Assembly (NCBI GenBank): GCA_963804645.1
Contig: CAWDRG010000009.1
Location: forward strand, 1,216,001 to 1,280,000
Direction of reading: 5' to 3'
DNA from: an uncultured Bacillota bacterium
GTDB lineage: Bacteria; Sysuimicrobiota; Sysuimicrobiia; Sysuimicrobiales; Segetimicrobiaceae
DNA length: 64,000 nt
The notes under the pieces are model-generated. The model saw only the letters and a list, made by a program, of their open reading frames with translations, was not told the DNA's origin and searched no databases. A program made the translations under genes and the position numbers. Shown here piece after piece: positions 59,689 through 64,000 of the stretch (positions are counted from its first letter, which is position 1; every line of letters begins with the position of its first letter).

Positions 59689-60411
59689 GTGGAGCTGCAC
59701 GTCGCGTTTCTTCCTGCGGAGGCCGGTGACTGCCGCGGCCGCGCGGTCGCCGTCATCGACGTTATTCGAGCGACCACCTCGCTGCTGGTCATGGCGGAGC
59801 GCGGGTGCGACGGGGTCGTGATCGCTCCCACGCTTGAGGCGGCGCGCGCGTTTCGGGCCGGCCACCCCGACGTGCTGCTGGCCGGGGAGCAGGGAGGCCG
59901 CGCGCCGCAGGGCTTCGATTTCGGCAATAGTCCGGCCGCATTCGCGCGCGCGGATCTTGCGGGACGCCGCGTGGTGTTTGCCACGACGAATGGGACGCGC
60001 GCGCTCCACTTCGCCCGCGGCGCGCCGGTCGTCCTCATCGCTTGCTTGCGCAACCGGTCGGCCGCGGCGCGCGTGCTCATGGACGAAGCGGCCCGCGGCG
60101 GCCTCGACATCACGCTGATCTGCTCGGGGCGGGAAGGGCGGTTCGGGCTAGACGACGCGTACACGGCCGGGGCGATTGTCGACGCGATCCTCCGTACGGC
60201 GTCGCCGGCCCCGGTGCTCACCGATGCCGCGGCGGCCGCGCGCGTCTTGTTCGAGGCGTATCCGGACGCGGGGACGCTGCTCCCGACGACATGGGCCGGC
60301 CGCAATGTGATCGAGGTCGGGCTCGAGGCGGATTTGGCCGTCTGCGCGGAACTTGATCGGTCGGTCGTGGTGCCGCGGATCGGCGAGCGGGTGCGTCTGC
60401 TCGACGAGTAG
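59689..60411 (+). CDS. comB: 2-phosphosulfolactate phosphatase family
   Basis: 'VIDVIRATTS', 'GEQGG...GFDFGNSP', 'TTNGTRA', 'DDAYTAG'. Confidence 0.88.
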   Translation: MELHVAFLPAEAGDCRGRAVAVIDVIRATTSLLVMAERGCDGVVIAPTLEAARAFRAGHPDVLLAGEQGGRAPQGFDFGNSPAAFARADLAGRRVVFATTNGTRALHFARGAPVVLIACLRNRSAAARVLMDEAARGGLDITLICSGREGRFGLDDAYTAGAIVDAILRTASPAPVLTDAAAAARVLFEAYPDAGTLLPTTWAGRNVIEVGLEADLAVCAELDRSVVVPRIGERVRLLDE

Positions 60412-60417
60412 GCCCCG

Positions 60418-61050
60418 CTAGATTCTCGAGCGAACGTGGAGGCCGCTCCATTTCGCGATCTGCCACGTCGCTTTCATCTTGTCGGCGTACCCGCGAAGGA
60501 GCCCGTGCTTCTCCTGTTTGGGGACGTGCCGCAGGCCGCCGAGCGGCACCGTGCGCGTGTGCAGCCCTGCGGTTTTCAAGTAGCGGTTCAGGGCCGCTTC
60601 GATTCCGAAGCCCGTATTTTCCAGCTCGGCGACGCCCTCCAACACCGAGCGGTTGAGCGCACGCTGGCCGCTGAGGATCGGGAAGAGGGTCTGGATGAAA
60701 TCGCGCGTGATTTGGCCGATCGAGCCGTCGGCGGTTCCCATCAGGACCGGCTGCAGGAGGTCTCTGACGTGTTCTGCCGTGAGTCCCACGAGGTCTCCGT
60801 CGAGCAGCAGGATGATCTCCGCGTCGGTCACGTTCAGGCCGGCGGCGATCGCACCGCCCTTTCCTTGGTTTTCTCGGAGTGCAAGGACGCGGGCGCCGTG
60901 GCGGCGCGCGGTCTCGACCGTGCCGTCGCGCGAGCCGTCGCTGACGACGATCACCTCGTCCACAAGGAGACACCGTTTCACGGCGCAGACGACCTCGCCG
61001 ATGGTGCGTTCCTCGTCGAAGGCAGGGATAATTGCGGCGACTCGAGGCAT
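60418..61050 (-). CDS. Glycosyltransferase family 2
   Basis: 'IIPAFDEERTI', 'VVSDGSRDGT', 'NQGKGGA', 'LLDGDL', 'LSGQRAL'. Confidence 0.87.
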   Translation of the reverse strand: MPRVAAIIPAFDEERTIGEVVCAVKRCLLVDEVIVVSDGSRDGTVETARRHGARVLALRENQGKGGAIAAGLNVTDAEIILLLDGDLVGLTAEHVRDLLQPVLMGTADGSIGQITRDFIQTLFPILSGQRALNRSVLEGVAELENTGFGIEAALNRYLKTAGLHTRTVPLGGLRHVPKQEKHGLLRGYADKMKATWQIAKWSGLHVRSRI

Positions 61051-61366
61051 CGGGCTCCCCCTAATCTGCGTGTTCCCTGTTCGGTGGGATTTCCTTCGAC
61101 ATTTTGATCGACTTGCCTCGATGAAGCGTAGGTGGAGTTTGTCAATCGTGTAACATCCCAGTTCCCCTCCAGTGTCCATCTTCGGATCGCGCCCAGGGGA
61201 GGTGTCCTTGCCCTGACAATAGTGGCGCGCCGCGGTTTCGGCATCGGTCGAAGGACCCATAAATCTGCACCGACCCGGCTTTAATCGCGCGACCGGTCTC
61301 GCTGGTGCCCTGGCCACGGATGCGGCACTCGCATTTCGGCGCGGGCATGGTGATAGGAGGTTCCTC

Positions 61367-61375
61367 TGGTATAAT
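61367..61375 (+). promoter_or_regulatory. Extended -10 promoter of tRNA-Arg
   Basis: TGgTATAAT 8 nt upstream of the tRNA 5' end. Confidence 0.65.
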
Positions 61376-61383
61376 GACAATAC

Positions 61384-61459
61384 GCGCCCGTAGCTCAGCG
61401 GATAGAGCGTCGGCCTCCGGAGCCGTAGGTCGGGGGTTCAAATCCCTCCGGGCGCGCCA
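61384..61459 (+). tRNA. tRNA-Arg(CCG)
   Basis: GCGCCCG-TA-GCTCAGCGGATAGAGC-G-TCGGC-CTCCGGA-GCCGT-AGGTC-GGGGGTTCAAATCCCTC-CGGGCGC-G-CCA, 76 nt. Confidence 0.96.
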
Positions 61460-61527
61460 TATTTTATTAGGGTTTCTGCGCGTAGTCGTGCTAGCGTTCG
61501 GCTACTCCTGATAACGGATTGATAACG
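61430..61527 (+). repeat. att-like repeat, copy 1 (tRNA 3' 30 nt + 68-bp arm)
   Basis: TCGGGGGTTCAAATCCCTCCGGGCGCGCCA-TATTTTATTAGGG...CCTGATAACGGATTGATAACG. Confidence 0.9.
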
Positions 61528-61725
61528 TCGGGGAGAAAAGCCGGCAGATGCGCCTTCTCCGCCGAGGGGCCGATGATGTCTTTCGAGAACGGTCTCGCGG
61601 ATAAATCATTCAGATGAACAGTATTCCCCCGCAAGAGCGCAGACTTACCATTTAGTCACAGTTTTTGCCCACCGTAGGATAAAGGTGAAATCCGGCGAGA
61701 TCCTGGTTCCGCGCGGGGTGAGCGC

Positions 61726-62397
61726 ATGCGAAGGTTCGCAGCAGGGGTCACGATTTTACTTGCGATCGTGATGATGCTCGCGCTAAAGGATGCGCGAGCC
61801 AATTTGATCACCAATGGAAGTTTCGAGACGCCATTGGTACCGGTGGGGAACTTTACGAACTTCTTGACCGGGAGTACGTTAATCACCGGTTGGACTGTTA
61901 CGGGGCCAGAAGTCTCCGTAGTGAGCGGCACGTTTACCCAGTCCGGCTTCACCTTTCCTGCCCAAAATGGCAATCAGTGGCTTGACCTCACCGGAGATGG
62001 GACAAATTCGTTTGAAGGCGTGGTGCAAACGGTCAGCACGACACCGGGAACAAACTATGATTTGTCCTACTGGGAGGGGAATGTGTCCGGGGGGGTTTTT
62101 GGCACTACAAGTACGGTCGAAGTACAATTGAACGGTGTGTCTGCTGGTTCTGTGACGAACAGCACCCCGGGCACCACGTTGACCTGGCAACAGTTCGCCC
62201 TTCCGTTCACGGCGACCGGCGCCACGACGACAATCGAGTTCGACAATCTTGACCCCAGCAATGACAACTCCAACGGCCTCGACAACGTGGATTTGGAACT
62301 CGCAAGCACATCACCGGTTCCGGAGCCGTCTTCGCTCTTGTTGCTGGGTTCTGGATTGTTCGGGTTGGCCGGCTTGGTGCGGCGTCGCTTCGCCTGA
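61726..62397 (+). CDS. PEP-CTERM sorting-domain protein (DUF642-like beta-sandwich)
   Basis: Signal peptide; 'NLITNGSFETP'; Thr/Gly/Asn-rich; C-terminal 'VPEPSSLLLLGSGLFGLAGLVRRRFA'. Confidence 0.9.
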   Translation: MRRFAAGVTILLAIVMMLALKDARANLITNGSFETPLVPVGNFTNFLTGSTLITGWTVTGPEVSVVSGTFTQSGFTFPAQNGNQWLDLTGDGTNSFEGVVQTVSTTPGTNYDLSYWEGNVSGGVFGTTSTVEVQLNGVSAGSVTNSTPGTTLTWQQFALPFTATGATTTIEFDNLDPSNDNSNGLDNVDLELASTSPVPEPSSLLLLGSGLFGLAGLVRRRFA

Positions 62398-62425
62398 CTA
62401 AGTTGATGTGCCGGTTCAGATAGAA

Positions 62426-62523
62426 TCGGGGGTTCAAATCCCTCCGGGCGCGCCATATTTTTTACGGGTTCCTGCGCGTAGACGTGCTGGCGTTCGGTTG
62501 TTCCTGATAACGGATTGATAACG
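62426..62523 (+). repeat. att-like repeat, copy 2
   Basis: 98 bp; 89/98 identical to copy 1 by hand alignment, with the tRNA-derived 30 nt identical. Confidence 0.92.
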
Positions 62524-62561
62524 GCACCCGAGTCGCAATCATGGACCCATGGAGAGTAACG

Positions 62562-63038
62562 ATGGCCAGCAATATCAGCAAATACGTCGTTCTGAATGAG
62601 GGCGATGGTTTGAGGTTTCAATCCGGGCCGGGTCGGGACCTGATTTTCAAGGTCACGGGCGAGGACACAAACGGAGCGTTCGATTACTTCATCGTCGAGG
62701 TGGCCCCGCATGGCGGCCCGCCGCTGCACGTCCACCACGCGCAGGAAGAGACCATCCACGTGCTGAAGGGCCGCTTCAAGATACGCATCGGCGACTCGAT
62801 TTCCACACTCATTGAGGGCGGCTTTGCTTATCTGCCCTCCAAGGTGCCGCATGCCTTCCTGAACCTGACCGATGCGGGTGGCGAGATTATTGTGGTCTAC
62901 ACGCCCGGCGGCGGGCACAAGTTTTACGAAGAGTTGGGGCCGGTCAGCCGGAGCGCGTCGCCGGACCGGCAGAAGATCGCGGCGGTGTTTGAGAAGTATG
63001 GCATGACCTTGCTGGGCGGACCCTTGACGGCGGATTAG
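62562..63038 (+). CDS. Cupin-domain protein (quercetinase-like motif)
   Basis: RBS GGAG; 'KVTGEDTNGAF', 'GGPPLHVHHAQEETIHVLKG', 'PSKVPHAF'. Confidence 0.88.
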   Translation: MASNISKYVVLNEGDGLRFQSGPGRDLIFKVTGEDTNGAFDYFIVEVAPHGGPPLHVHHAQEETIHVLKGRFKIRIGDSISTLIEGGFAYLPSKVPHAFLNLTDAGGEIIVVYTPGGGHKFYEELGPVSRSASPDRQKIAAVFEKYGMTLLGGPLTAD

Positions 63039-63083
63039 AACGAGTTCCAACCCAAAAGGCTGCGTCCACCGCCGCTCTATCGC

Positions 63084-63165
63084 CGGGAGTTCAAATCCCA
63101 GGGCGCGCCGTATCTTATCAGGGTTCCCGCGTAGTCGTGCTGATGTTCGGTCGTTTCTGATAGCG
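63084..63165 (+). repeat. att-like repeat, copy 3 (degenerate)
   Basis: CGGGAGTTCAAATCCCAGGGCGCGCCG-TATCTTATCAGGGTTCCCGCGTAGTCGTGCTGATGTTCGGTCGTTTCTGATAGCG; has small deletions and lacks the second TGATAAC. Confidence 0.85.
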
Positions 63166-63478
63166 TACGCGCGCCTTCCCGAATGTCCGCGTTGGCAAGT
63201 TGGCTTTCAACACATGCTGACTTTGACGACCTTCGCACCGGCTTGCAACCCAATGTCGTTGCCAGAGGCTGGCTATCGGCCTGGTTCCTTCGTCCGAGTG
63301 TTGGAATCATCCCTTAGGATGGCGGACCCGGAATTGTTGCGCGCTAATGAACTAGTTCGAGGGTTCGGTGTTCCCCCCCCCAAAGGAGGATGGACAATAT
63401 AGTGAGACGATGAGTAGGAGTGAAATAGACGGATGCCCGAATGGAATACGGTGTTGGCGGTAAATTTGGAGGTCAAAA

Positions 63479-64000
63479 ATGTTGAATCTCCGGCCGCTTA
63501 GTACCTGTATTCTCGCTCTGGCTGCGATCGTCACGGTGGGCTTCGTGAAAGCCGCATCAGCTGATGTTGTCACCCTGGATAACTTCACGGTCACACTGAA
63601 TGGCACGACGATCTTCGACGATTCGTTCGGTGCAGGTCTGACGCTGGCGGGGGGCAATCCCCCCGGTGCAATTCTGCCGTCGGGGCAGAACTTTTCTAAT
63701 GGCACGCCGGCAAACTACGGGGTCATCGGGACGGTAACCGAAACCGGAAACAGGGCGATACTAGATTCAGCGCTCGGAGCCAATTTCGCCGGGGGGCTCG
63801 CTAAACTCAATAACACCGACCTTCAAACAGGTCCGCCGATCTCTCCCTTCTCCTTGACGCCGAACGACGCTTTCACGACAACCGCCTTGTACAATCTCAC
63901 CGTGCCCTCGAACGTCGGTGGGTTTTATCAAGTCGAACTCGCAAGCAGCACCGCCTCGAATAGTGGGGATGGGATGGGCGACGTTGTCTCGGTCGACGTT
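63479..64000 (+). CDS. Secreted Thr/Gly/Asn-rich protein, 3' end outside window (possibly PEP-CTERM type)
   Basis: Not in the ORF track. GGAGG RBS, ATG at 63479, open for 174 codons to the window end; signal peptide 'MLNLRPLSTCILALAAIVTVGFVKAASA|DVVTLDNF'. Confidence 0.8.
   Translation, partial: MLNLRPLSTCILALAAIVTVGFVKAASADVVTLDNFTVTLNGTTIFDDSFGAGLTLAGGNPPGAILPSGQNFSNGTPANYGVIGTVTETGNRAILDSALGANFAGGLAKLNNTDLQTGPPISPFSLTPNDAFTTTALYNLTVPSNVGGFYQVELASSTASNSGDGMGDVVSVDV

Larger units (their letters stand above)
61430..64000 (+). mobile_element. tRNA-anchored tandem array of single-gene cassettes (runs off window end)
   Basis: Three att-like repeats, each followed by one co-oriented gene; visibly lower GC than the backbone; no integrase within the window. 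Confidence 0.72.

Noticed and set aside
2114..60305. Many long alternative-frame and antisense ORFs (e.g. 7177-9120, 13365-15647, 20550-22463, 40176-42059, 56216-58123)
   Set aside because: Arg/Ala/Gly/Pro-rich shadow ORFs expected at high GC; they overlap well-supported genes and lack family motifs.
61430..63165. Repeats as a CRISPR array or as extra tRNA genes
   Set aside because: Repeats are ~98 bp, separated by 0.55-0.9 kb gene-containing spacers, with no cas genes. Copies 2 and 3 have only the T-arm and 3' acceptor strand and cannot form a cloverleaf.
63170..63470. Structured RNA or small ORFs (63214-63402, 63273-63476) in the leader of the third cassette
   Set aside because: No recognisable riboswitch motif; the short ORFs lack convincing RBS or protein features.

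Overview
High-GC bacterial chromosomal segment, mostly housekeeping and metabolic genes: tmk-darA-holB, nfo, ddl-dapF-apgM-MEMO, rlmD, proS, an FMN-riboswitch-controlled ribD-ribE-ribBA-ribH operon, SOD, TatD, peptide and sugar ABC importers, tRNA-Leu(CAG) and tRNA-Arg(CCG). The most striking feature is at the right end. Directly after tRNA-Arg(CCG) the sequence becomes more AT-rich and forms a tandem array of small single-gene units: a PEP-CTERM protein, a cupin, and another secreted protein that runs off the window. Each unit starts with a ~98-bp repeat made of the last 30 nt of the tRNA plus a conserved ~68-bp arm carrying TGATAA motifs. The repeats decay with distance from the tRNA and no integrase is visible, which suggests an integron-like, tRNA-anchored gene-cassette array. 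Other highlights: (i) a kelch-like protein with a perfectly symmetric 11-residue cysteine ladder inserted near its N-terminus; (ii) an oxalate-oxidoreductase-clade 2-oxoacid:ferredoxin oxidoreductase with an altered active-site loop, next to a FadR-type regulator; (iii) a three-gene ssb / replication-relaxation nuclease / VirD4 module with host-like composition; (iv) an FMN riboswitch with an inserted hairpin. Four single-base frameshifts in otherwise intact genes probably reflect assembly errors. All calls come from reading the sequence and recalling family motifs; no database searches were run.
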